Of a DNA stretch of 44,326 bases, positions 42,001-44,325 are shown one piece after another. Each line of letters begins with the position of its first letter. The stretch's first letter is position 1. The position numbers and the translations under genes were made by a program. The notes under the pieces are model-generated. The model searched no databases. It saw nothing but the letters and a program-made list of their open reading frames with translations, and had not been told where the DNA came from. This DNA is from Candidatus Omnitrophota bacterium. GTDB taxonomy: Bacteria; Omnitrophota; Gorgyraeia; Gygaellales; Profunditerraquicolaceae. The stretch spans positions 1 to 44,326 of the forward strand of contig JBFMBZ010000081.1 of NCBI GenBank assembly GCA_040754615.1, in the 5' to 3' direction.

Positions 42001-44325
42001 CATCCCCCAGCTTGATTCATTGAACCCTCTGAGATAACCCAAGAAATCTCTCGCCGAAAGGCTTTCTTTGTATTCCAGCGGGCTTCCGGATTGTCCTGTT
42101 TTAATCTTAGGATGGCCGGTAAACGGCCCTTGCATAACCACCGCCATCCTGCAATTAGCGTACGTGAATCCGTGGGCTGTATTCGCATAGATAATAATTT
42201 TTTGCCCGGCAGTTAATTCTCTTTCTTCCCAATGCTGCCAGTTGGCATCAGCAAAAGACGCTTGCGAAACCCCGCCCGTAATTATGAGTATTTCCATATA
42301 ATTATCCGGCTCCTTATGCTTGTCTTCTACGCCATCAGCGGTCTTTACCCCTATACCGATTGCACCGCTGGTGATGGTAATAGGCAGCATTTTAGGCGGA
42401 TATATATTTGTTCCTCTATATATTATTGCTATTAAATTATCGTTATTGTCCGTAATAAGTTCCGGGCAGGGTATTTCTTCGGGGGCTTTCATTGGCCTTT
42501 GCTTGAGGTTGGGGATAATCTTTGAGTTGCCTGGGGGGCCGGTTTCAAAATTTACGCTTCCTTCTCTGATAATTGTTATGAATGAGCTTTCAATGGCATA
42601 TAATTTAGCCGCAGTAAATATGGTAATGATATCATTGCTGCTTAAAGTAACCTCCTTACCTTCCGGAAGCTTAATTTCTATTTTGCCTGAATCCACATAA
42701 ACCACCCTTTGCGACCTGCCTTCAAAAGGAACCTCTTCGCCTTCTGCCAGCGGCCTTGCTTCTAATACTAAAGGTAAATCTCCGTTACTGATGAATTCCT
42801 GTCCCCTGTTAACAACAGTAAACAACTCCGCTGAAACCGGGCTAGCCGCTCCGGAAGCTCCAATTAATTCCTCTTCTAAAGTGGCGCTGTCAATATCCCT
42901 TGCCTCCCGAACAGTCTCAAAGAATTCTTGCGAAAACCGCTTATCTTTTCGGTTAAGGAGCCCAATGATACTTTCTTTAATTATCTTACTATTTTTTATT
43001 TCTAATTGCGCGATTCTGGCATCCATTATCTCAAATGTCTTCTTCAAGGGCTGGTATTCAATGCCCCTCTGATGCTTTAATCTATAGCTATTAGTGCCAT
43101 TTTCAAAGATATCCGCTAATATCAAAATATCCAAACCAAGGATAAGTTCTTCTATAGATACTCCATGAGGCTCGGCGAAACGCCTGAGCTCTTCATAAGT
43201 AGACTCAAAGTAATGGAAGTGATTGGCGATTAACCAGTATTGAATGGGATTTAATATAATTCCCTTGTGCCTTAAAACTTCAAGCGCATAATACTCATGG
43301 CTCACCTCAAGGAAGAGGCCGCCTCTTACCCGTTTTCTCTTTGAGCCCTTAAGCCCTTCTTTATCCAGAATATATTCAATAAGCTGAGAAAAGATATCTT
43401 CATTACCGACAGGATGGTATTGTGTTTCTTTTGACATAAGGAAGGTTTTTACGTGAGCTTTTGTCGGCCCCTTGCCAATGCCGATATAACCCTTTAATAA
43501 ACCCTGATGCTTCTTAAAACTAGCATTGCGCTCATCAATTGAAGCATGACTAATATCTGATAAATCATGGACCAACGCTGCCCGGGTAAGATTTTTCAGC
43601 ATAGTCCAGCTCAAGCCCAACTTTTCTCCTATCGCGCCGGAATATTCATACACCCTATTCATATGCTGGCTATCAATATCCTGACGCTGATGCAAACTCA
43701 CGATATCTTTAACAGTCAACTCTGATAACTCCACCGGGCTACCCGCTGGCCTAGTAGTAGAAAGATGAGAATTAAATGCAATAATTATTGCGGCAGTTGA
43801 CCAGGTCCTGATATTGGATTCCCCAGTACCCATCTTATGAGATACTGCCCTAGTAACAAACCTTCTGCCTAACTGATTACCTAATTGAATATTTGTATCT
43901 CCACCATTAGATAACAAGAGAGCATCTTCTGAACCATACTGCTTCATTTTTTGAGCTACTTCCCAGGGTGTCGTTCCGCCCTCTAAATCTGCACCTTGGG
44001 CATAGATAATAACATCTCCTGTTGCGCTTAAGCCTAATGCAGAATGTGGATAGGACTGCTTAATATGGCGCTTGTCTGAGAATTGGTTTTCCATTCTAAG
44101 AATATTTTCTTTTGACTTTGCTTCTCCTTTTGAAACTATCTGCTGCCCAAAAAATGCCAAATCAACTTCATTGGTTATATCTTTTCCAGTTGCTAGCGCT
44201 ATTAACCTATCTTTATTGCTGTTAATGCCCTTTCTGAATCTTAAGTTTTCAATAGATATACCGCCATGGTTCCATACAACTAAAGAAGTATATATTCTTT
44301 CTTTCCCATTCTCTATTGCTAAACC
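1..44325 (-). CDS. Single giant modular ORF, open at both window edges (14,775 codons in window); multi-enzyme megaprotein fragment
   Basis: Minus-strand phase with codons at + positions 3k-2..3k has no in-phase tta/cta/tca in any line translated. Enzyme motifs stay in this phase from 44.3 kb to position 1. The ORF track has no minus ORF in this phase, as expected for an ORF with no stop in the window. The other phases give only short junk ORFs. Confidence 0.85.
91..570 (-). other. domain segment: RelA/SpoT-like (p)ppGpp synthetase (nucleotidyltransferase) domain
   Basis: Hand translation: YRKKSIAAIYDKV, DLNGVMIV, KGYEALHINFYDRKTGPWEIMLMTKRDYGLYRFG. This is the typical RxKS..S...K / D..G.R / GY.SLH...EIQ..T pattern. 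The ORF continues past position 1. Confidence 0.55.
640..1281 (-). other. domain segment: HD-like domain preceding the synthetase, with degenerate HD dyad
   Basis: ESYLHHATSVAFIVALLGGNVQGISIGLLHKVDLAILKEA. The position of the canonical LLHD reads LLHK. Confidence 0.35.
1282..1296 (-). repeat. inter-module junction motif VGSPM
   Basis: + strand cat cgg gga gcc aac read on the minus strand. Confidence 0.6.
1396..1410 (-). repeat. degenerate junction motif ASSSI
   Basis: + strand tat cga gct gga agc. Same position type as the canonical sites, but Pro is replaced by Ser. Confidence 0.3.
1720..2730 (-). other. domain segment: HAD-superfamily phosphatase-like (type IIB-like)
   Basis: KIILIMKDMDGTITAAGTP (DxDGT at 2689-2703) and a later YAGDEI...EGNDFSIAE (GD..ND-like motif). 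Confidence 0.5.
3780..4750 (-). other. domain segment: CofD/YvcK (UPF0052)-like
   Basis: VVIGSGGGAAVAMTGMVREMIDDHPLVVLGGTDNGGATLI followed by SAASGDIERVNLEA. This resembles the GGGTG...v.DdGGSsG...pGDiRn pattern. The C-terminal limit is uncertain. Confidence 0.35.
4760..6210 (-). other. domain segment: uncharacterised, apparently alpha-helical region
   Basis: Helix-rich, charged translation (for example EAHREAVKLQNMINEVERLRKEGAREATKSDIKK). No motif recognised. Confidence 0.25.
6211..6225 (-). repeat. inter-module junction motif AGSPI
   Basis: + strand aat agg gga gcc ggc. Confidence 0.7.
6226..7527 (-). other. domain segment: hexokinase/glucokinase family (eukaryote-type hexokinase fold)
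   Basis: YLGIDLGGSNLR, GFTFSFPV, INNDTTGTL, WGTGQN, EKMVSGQYLGELVR, VAVDGSLF, THDGSGVGAAIIAAV. Confidence 0.85.
7528..7542 (-). repeat. inter-module junction motif AGSPV (identical 14-mer aaccggcgagccgg at 7528-7541)
   Basis: + strand aac cgg cga gcc ggc. Confidence 0.75.
7543..8454 (-). other. domain segment: inositol monophosphatase / FBPase-like family
   Basis: DTHTEADKIANMRLSDIIRTHFPGHNIISEEE, YTWILDPLSGTLEY (canonical WiiDPiDGT with D to S), KPWDALPRAIMIEQAKG. Confidence 0.7.
8455..8469 (-). repeat. inter-module junction motif SGSPV (identical 14-mer aaccggcgagccgg at 8455-8468)
   Basis: + strand aac cgg cga gcc gga. Confidence 0.75.
8470..9291 (-). other. module of unknown function delimited by junction motifs
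   Basis: Translation VTLTDFTALEGWEPVLWKDE...FIVITTPSFPLGIGVKAPLAGEVGKPHIHTPLDLP...LLSGHNVAFPKDPKMIEIAVGPYPG. No family recognised. Confidence 0.3.
8478..8524 (-). repeat. 47-nt linker-coding repeat, copy 1 (encodes GPYPGSVEKAKIFFEE)
   Basis: caaagaata-t-ttttgctttttcaacagaccccggatacgggccaac. It has one mismatch to 14679-14725 and a 37-nt identical run. Confidence 0.8.
9292..9306 (-). repeat. inter-module junction motif SGSPV
   Basis: + strand aac cgg gct gcc gga (Ser as AGC). Confidence 0.7.
9311..9334 (+). repeat. 24-nt element copy (ggggaaggttctgttttcttcggc)
   Basis: Two mismatches to 9692-9715. Encodes EPKKTEPSP on the minus strand. Confidence 0.65.
9337..9351 (-). repeat. inter-module junction motif SGSPL
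   Basis: + strand taa agg cga gcc gga. Confidence 0.7.
9448..9504 (-). other. predicted transmembrane-like segment
   Basis: GLILVVCISAFSIAVIGII is an uninterrupted hydrophobic stretch of 19 residues. A second, weaker hydrophobic stretch FILITLAYLKLMSSFGAQLLG lies at 9619-9690. Confidence 0.45.
9511..9525 (-). repeat. junction motif variant AASPF
   Basis: + strand aaa cgg cga ggc agc. Confidence 0.5.
9518..9539 (-). repeat. 22-nt identical repeat, copy 1 (encodes KEAIAAS)
   Basis: gaggcagcaatagcttctttaa is identical to 16937-16958. Confidence 0.8.
9692..9715 (+). repeat. 24-nt element copy (ggggacggttctattttcttcggc)
   Basis: Same element at 9311-9334 (+), in inverted orientation at 18358-18381, and partially at 18287-18303. 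Confidence 0.7.
9693..9740. repeat. inverted repeat / RNA hairpin inside the ORF (16-nt arms, 15 of 16 paired, 16-nt loop)
   Basis: gggacggttctatttt (9693-9708) pairs with aaaatagaaacgtccc (9725-9740). It is followed on the sense strand by a U-rich run, cauuuauuuug. Confidence 0.7.
9907..9921 (-). repeat. inter-module junction motif SGSPI
   Basis: + strand gat agg cga ccc aga. Confidence 0.7.
9922..10968 (-). other. uncharacterised domain X, copy 2 (paralog of 13633-14652)
   Basis: YRKYLEEANRLGAL..., FPFILLFALLHELLETRE, FPVNPRFGMSLGMMLRQYNAGGFSDEEAITVLVGLGFEEREDVWYRVKEA. Collinear with copy 1. The antisense ORFs 9719-10315 and 13502-13975 in the track are also alike. Confidence 0.45.
10969..10983 (-). 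repeat. junction motif SGSPA
   Basis: + strand agc ggg cga tcc gga. Confidence 0.55.
10984..11568 (-). other. module of unknown function (charged helix, then a probably beta-rich region)
   Basis: RARAERKKTGTSRPRAKTEQEIEQERKKFYNELGKTRERLFGFWYGRTLFPVEFDTVKWP...VRRIEISYDKQGFCVICNAK...AIFRMKFDSSEDWRLVFTM. Confidence 0.25.
11569..11760 (-). other. domain segment: DnaJ-type J domain
   Basis: [64 protein letters not shown], with an intact HPD tripeptide. Confidence 0.85.
11990..12540 (-). other. domain segment: HEAT-like (PBS-lyase type) repeats
   Basis: FREALGGESSHLKANVIQTLGLLGPKAKDFFPDLREALEKEQDRNIRILILRALVNINLEAAIPILIEALDDLELFREAANIIVATGP. Confidence 0.55.
12541..12555 (-). repeat. inter-module junction motif SGSPV
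   Basis: + strand tac cgg cga acc gga. Confidence 0.7.
12556..13386 (-). other. domain segment: HAD-superfamily hydrolase-like
   Basis: MKVAAFDVAGTILKD (motif I with the second Asp replaced by Ala), IEIYLVSHISSN, QLVFVGDEPSDMIAADKTGIPGV. Confidence 0.55.
13387..13401 (-). repeat. inter-module junction motif AGSPV
   Basis: + strand gac cgg aga acc ggc. Confidence 0.7.
13402..13617 (-). other. short (72-codon) helical module between two junction motifs
   Basis: IKQSLKDLWKEFSLFIDETLEMHLESQKLNLTARAPLIIKFGSFLDYLLVKERIENLRRLMEIEEGSNSGSSE. Confidence 0.3.
13618..13632 (-). repeat. inter-module junction motif SGSPI
   Basis: + strand aat cgg aga gcc gga. Confidence 0.7.
13633..14652 (-). other. 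uncharacterised domain X, copy 1 (paralog of 9922-10968)
   Basis: CRKFLEQANSLGAL..., FPFDCVYALIHELLESRN, FPVNPGLGMGLSLIARKYNPDGLSEGIIVDSLISLGFREREGVWYRLRET. Confidence 0.45.
14653..14667 (-). repeat. degenerate junction motif SSSSL
   Basis: + strand aag aga gga gct gga. It sits directly after the conserved GPYPGSVEKAKVFFEE linker, exactly where copy 1 of that linker has SGSPV. Confidence 0.35.
14668..15630 (-). other. domain segment: class-I SAM-methyltransferase-like (divergent)
   Basis: GDIVADIGCEDDRLGIAIARN, ADKVILNDLL, LLEAKRILKPKGRIIVIEN. Confidence 0.4.
14679..14725 (-). repeat. 47-nt linker-coding repeat, copy 2 (encodes GPYPGSVEKAKVFFEE)
   Basis: One mismatch to 8478-8524. Confidence 0.8.
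15631..15645 (-). repeat. inter-module junction motif SGSPL
   Basis: + strand aag agg cga acc aga. Confidence 0.7.
15646..16929 (-). other. domain segment: PHP (polymerase/histidinol-phosphatase) family metal-dependent phosphoesterase
   Basis: QCDLHSHDFNSDG, LKAFSITNHD, KFSIAHPNE. Confidence 0.6.
16930..16944 (-). repeat. inter-module junction motif AASPV
   Basis: + strand cac agg tga ggc agc. Confidence 0.65.
16937..16958 (-). repeat. 22-nt identical repeat, copy 2 (encodes KEAIAAS)
   Basis: Identical to 9518-9539. The surrounding peptide GQRTNLTFKEAIAASPV parallels GAQRINLTLKEAIAASPF. Confidence 0.8.
16981..16995 (-). repeat. inter-module junction motif SGSPV
   Basis: + strand cac tgg aga gcc gga. 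Confidence 0.7.
16996..18066 (-). other. module of unknown function (helical)
   Basis: MEERDYEDSESALSRRNHYHPFKQRDDYLAAIRRAKERL...NRLTIIFHELLEEELPDQGF...HKEVEHANWLLSVHPYKYRIYSGPEDA. No family recognised. Confidence 0.25.
18067..18081 (-). repeat. inter-module junction motif SGSPM
   Basis: + strand cat cgg aga gcc gga. Confidence 0.7.
18287..18381. repeat. nested inverted repeats / RNA hairpins inside the ORF
   Basis: The outer arms ggggacggtt (18287-18296) and aaccgtcccc (18372-18381) pair over 10 bp. An inner 6-bp stem lies within 18309-18338. ggttctaattt is directly repeated at 18293 and 18338. On the sense strand the structure is followed by auuucuuuugg. Confidence 0.65.
18358..18381 (-). 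repeat. 24-nt element copy in inverted orientation
   Basis: The reverse complement ggggacggttatattttcttcggc has one mismatch to 9692-9715. Here it encodes GDGYIFFG instead of KKIEPSP. Confidence 0.7.
18427..18441 (-). repeat. junction motif variant ASSPF
   Basis: + strand aaa tgg gct gct tgc. Confidence 0.45.
18484..18498 (-). repeat. inter-module junction motif AGSPL
   Basis: + strand aag cgg gga acc ggc. Confidence 0.7.
18499..19700 (-). other. domain segment: pyruvate/2-oxoacid:ferredoxin oxidoreductase alpha-subunit-like
   Basis: [77 protein letters not shown]. Confidence 0.75.
19730..20286 (-). other. domain segment: 2-oxoacid:ferredoxin oxidoreductase gamma-subunit-like
   Basis: [45 protein letters not shown]. 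Confidence 0.75.
20287..20301 (-). repeat. junction motif SASPI between the OFOR beta-like and gamma-like parts
   Basis: + strand tat tgg aga ggc gga. Confidence 0.65.
20302..21250 (-). other. domain segment: 2-oxoacid:ferredoxin oxidoreductase beta-subunit-like (TPP-binding)
   Basis: [57 protein letters not shown]. Confidence 0.75.
21330..21585 (-). other. domain segment: delta-subunit-like 2x[4Fe-4S] ferredoxin domain
   Basis: NPEKCSHCLTCWLFCPDMAI...IDLDHCKGCGICAAQCP (two CxxCxxCxxxCP motifs). Confidence 0.8.
21586..21600 (-). repeat. inter-module junction motif GGSPI
   Basis: + strand tat cgg aga gcc ccc. Confidence 0.65.
21790..22290 (-). other. domain segment: TPR repeats
   Basis: NLGRVYRLLKEFDKALDCYQKIIESNPSDPQAYYYMGVTYLNLKKFSEAVEAFKASLEIFPDNPITNSDLGAAYAELGDFEKAGVVFRRAIQLDPKYARAHANLGMVY. 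Confidence 0.75.
22810..22824 (-). repeat. inter-module junction motif SSSPI
   Basis: + strand aat agg cga gct gga. Confidence 0.6.
22910..23158 (-). CDS. nested out-of-frame 82-codon ORF with its own RBS; hypothetical small protein or frameshifted relic of the module
   Basis: The ORF track gives MFNTYHFQDLEVTRILLRKDGIFAFAHHPSWWYEFDFLIQPNGSVQGKTSNDGWVEVSSQLAKFVKSKVQFLLIKKNLACFG. The composition is balanced and globular-looking. It is preceded by AGGAGG-taatgaa-ATG and by an in-phase TAA at 23174-23176. Confidence 0.4.
   Translation of the reverse strand: MFNTYHFQDLEVTRILLRKDGIFAFAHHPSWWYEFDFLIQPNGSVQGKTSNDGWVEVSSQLAKFVKSKVQFLLIKKNLACFG
23159..23196 (-). promoter_or_regulatory. candidate RBS (AGGAGG, 7-nt spacer) and AT-rich TATAAT-like box upstream of the nested ORF
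   Basis: The minus strand reads ggTTATAATtattaataacaattttaaccAGGAGGtaatgaaATG. No convincing -35 box was found. Confidence 0.3.
23197..23211 (-). repeat. inter-module junction motif SGSPV (identical 14-mer aaccggcgagccgg at 23197-23210)
   Basis: + strand aac cgg cga gcc gga. Confidence 0.75.
23212..24012 (-). other. domain segment: HAD-superfamily hydrolase-like
   Basis: LKVFIWDWDLTIFK (DxDxT), KQYILTANS, NALIIGDGCGEMEAARK. Confidence 0.5.
24013..24027 (-). repeat. inter-module junction motif AGSPV (identical 14-mer aaccggcgagccgg at 24013-24026)
   Basis: + strand aac cgg cga gcc ggc. Confidence 0.75.
24028..24168 (-). other. 47-codon mini-module between two junction motifs
   Basis: SIENNIAGEFGSLREFIGNQFTFRGWWELNLCAAARYISFSPYAEGK. 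Confidence 0.3.
24169..24183 (-). repeat. junction motif SASPA
   Basis: + strand ggc cgg aga agc gga. Confidence 0.55.
24184..24909 (-). other. domain segment: class-I SAM-methyltransferase-like
   Basis: KGRRLLILSVASGRGLLEEVLKEEGHLVKAVEIDNDFVEILK, FDLVLFSECLGAL, LLKRNGLMLITE. Confidence 0.5.
24910..24924 (-). repeat. inter-module junction motif AASPV
   Basis: + strand aac cgg cga agc agc. Confidence 0.65.
24925..25340 (-). other. domain segment: GNAT acetyltransferase-like (tentative)
   Basis: VSWIFVRREYRNRQYEELLYKQLISYLLKNDYASLKLYVQVNEYLEIWRRMPGVK. Confidence 0.3.
25341..27252 (-). other. domain segment: GT-B fold, alpha-glucan phosphorylase (GT35)-like
   Basis: WQISSEIWNPAGGLGRVMQYHG, PPVIHINDAQLAP, LLADTTHTIRNRG, ENTEAAGYTEANIGACAGLQFSPPWNEG. 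The last parallels EASGTS.MK..NG, with Asn where the PLP lysine is expected. Confidence 0.4.
27253..27267 (-). repeat. degenerate junction motif AASAL
   Basis: + strand tag cgc tga agc agc. Confidence 0.3.
27268..28707 (-). other. domain segment: glycogen/starch synthase (GlgA-like, GT5), copy 2
   Basis: AASEMGGVIKEAGLGDVVAGLSAAL, IIHLNEWQTALAPLYL, TIHNIGYRG, GIRNGIDTRKWNP, RIVEQKGLHL, LIPSEYEPCNV, VVRATGGLDGIV. Confidence 0.8.
28708..28722 (-). repeat. degenerate junction motif ASSSI
   Basis: + strand tat tga gct tga agc. Confidence 0.3.
28723..30564 (-). other. domain segment: glycogen-synthase-like GT-B module, copy 1 (divergent, with insertions)
   Basis: FDVLHFNDWQTGLGPAYL, LFTTHNLEYQGVF, GGVYNGIV, RLVKQKGLDLL, LMPSRQEPGGIANLELAALG, SERGGLIDFV. 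Confidence 0.65.
30565..30579 (-). repeat. inter-module junction motif SASPV
   Basis: + strand tac cgg aga tgc cga. Confidence 0.65.
30580..31150 (-). other. uncharacterised domain Y, copy 2 (possibly 2H-phosphoesterase-like), paralog of 33532-34400
   Basis: PRDLLHSTIFAVVYD (HxTx-like), LIRIIFQGVNLGPDGCLFVEGHVYDENIFELKRRLTEAYPDVRRRTPLVNIALGRITDIISPDNFKEL, EVEVTRAALVTLQDRFGL. Confidence 0.2.
31700..32900 (-). other. domain segment: sugar-nucleotidyltransferase (GlgC/fucokinase-like) with beta-helix-like tail
   Basis: VVFKQAGGLGTRFTARLASKVLMPI, HEIIAFQEKPSKDEM, NTIFYHTIIGDDCYIEEGAQIYLSKLASGSRIGKGSAVF. Confidence 0.45.
33517..33531 (-). repeat. inter-module junction motif AGSPI
   Basis: + strand aat cgg gct tcc cgc (Ser as AGC). 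Confidence 0.7.
33532..34400 (-). other. uncharacterised domain Y, copy 1 (paralog of 30580-31150)
   Basis: IKIRLMGIGLTMRGEVFAEARFVDEQAAIGLLSRLRTEYPDERRRVHNPSIILARLVREVTPQEFKAL, EIEVFNAKLVTTQDEFGL. Confidence 0.2.
34740..36010 (-). other. domain segment: UDP-sugar pyrophosphorylase (UDPGP family)-like, copy 2
   Basis: NIISAGGKGTRYAEV, SWPDGHDSAF, YRYNFISNVDNRAA, TRFEPLKEN. Confidence 0.55.
36011..37380 (-). other. helical region preceding UDPGP-like copy 2 (paralog of 39001-40149)
   Basis: GPENKEELIRIVLEGFKHEQRHLELEG...EEEIEKVAPAHTARELYRLVFLDY aligns with LDEEEKRQLLSIILEGILHENAHITNE...EVEIDKIAPSFAVRELFRVIYAW. Confidence 0.35.
37381..37401 (-). repeat. degenerate junction (SSASSSI) between the two tandem supermodules
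   Basis: SSASSSIEKGPEGALRLLGGPLS corresponds to ISSSPVGGAIRLQGGWLS at 40150. Confidence 0.35.
37650..39000 (-). other. domain segment: UDP-sugar pyrophosphorylase (UDPGP family)-like, copy 1
   Basis: VVTISAGGRGMRYSKV, YWPDGHDSSF, YRYLFVSNVDNRAA, TRFEPLKEN. Confidence 0.55.
39001..40149 (-). other. helical region preceding UDPGP-like copy 1
   Basis: Continuous hand translation from 40149 to 39001. No family recognised. Paralogous to 36011-37380. Confidence 0.35.
40150..40164 (-). repeat. inter-module junction motif SSSPV
   Basis: + strand tac cgg gct gga gga (Ser as AGC). Confidence 0.6.
40265..40460 (-). other. domain segment: CBM48 / AMPK-beta-type glycogen-binding-like
   Basis: VYLAADFTDWEHNALVTEEIVPGRYAVIVPAAQLEPDARGHEFKFIVEKDGQRTWING. 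Confidence 0.4.
40465..41409 (-). other. module part of unknown function
   Basis: SFDRQWEKGEKITLTNQLSGERIMLEMGHFVSSEWHWLCREVG...YEWWMDYVDYKERKIKCEGVG... No family recognised. Confidence 0.25.
41410..41424 (-). repeat. inter-module junction motif AGSPI
   Basis: + strand tat cgg act gcc ggc (Ser as AGT). Confidence 0.7.
41425..42075 (-). other. domain segment: class-I SAM-dependent methyltransferase
   Basis: NDILSLASGEGADELFLAREGFKVVASDKT, AQRLPFEDNSFDAVYIRLGVHYF, IQRVVRPWGFIFIV. Confidence 0.65.
42076..42090 (-). repeat. inter-module junction motif SGSPL
   Basis: + strand cag cgg gct tcc gga (Ser as AGC). Confidence 0.7.
42091..42834 (-). other. domain segment: cupin-like (possibly bicupin)
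   Basis: VVYVDSGKIEIKLPEGKEVTLSSNDIITIF and YMEILIITGGVSQASFADANWQHWEERELTAGQKIIIYANTAHGFTY. Confidence 0.35.
42835..42849 (-). repeat. inter-module junction motif AASPV
   Basis: + strand aac cgg gct agc cgc (Ser as AGC). Confidence 0.65.
42850..43731 (-). other. domain segment: HD-superfamily metal-dependent phosphohydrolase
   Basis: SQHMNRVYEYSGAIGEKLGLSWTMLKNLTRAALVHDLSDIS...SHEYYALEVLRHKG...WLIANHFHY. Confidence 0.55.
43732..43746 (-). repeat. inter-module junction motif AGSPV
   Basis: + strand cac cgg gct acc cgc (Ser as AGC). Confidence 0.7.
43747..44325 (-). other. first (partial) module in window; weak resemblance to phosphodiester glycosidase (NAGPA/DUF2233)-type domains
   Basis: VVWNHGGISIENLRFRKG...GDVIIYAQGADLEGGTTPWEVAQ...ALLLSNGGDTNIQLGNQ. 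The resemblance is weak, and the ORF continues upstream of the window. Confidence 0.2.

Noticed and set aside
367-43072. All + strand ORFs in the supplied track (60-198 aa)
   Set aside because: Every one lies antisense to the continuous minus-strand frame. Their translations are Ser/Leu/Pro/Arg/Phe-rich and low complexity, with no recognisable motif. Similar pairs such as 9719-10315 and 13502-13975 are simply the antisense of the paralogous domain X copies. These are typical antisense artefacts of a long coding region.
1282-43746. The recurring short junction sequence as a CRISPR-like array or classical tandem repeat
   Set aside because: The repeat units are only about 14-15 nt and variable at synonymous positions. 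Spacing ranges irregularly from about 30 nt to about 4 kb. All units are in phase within a coding sequence, and the spacers are recognisable enzyme domains.
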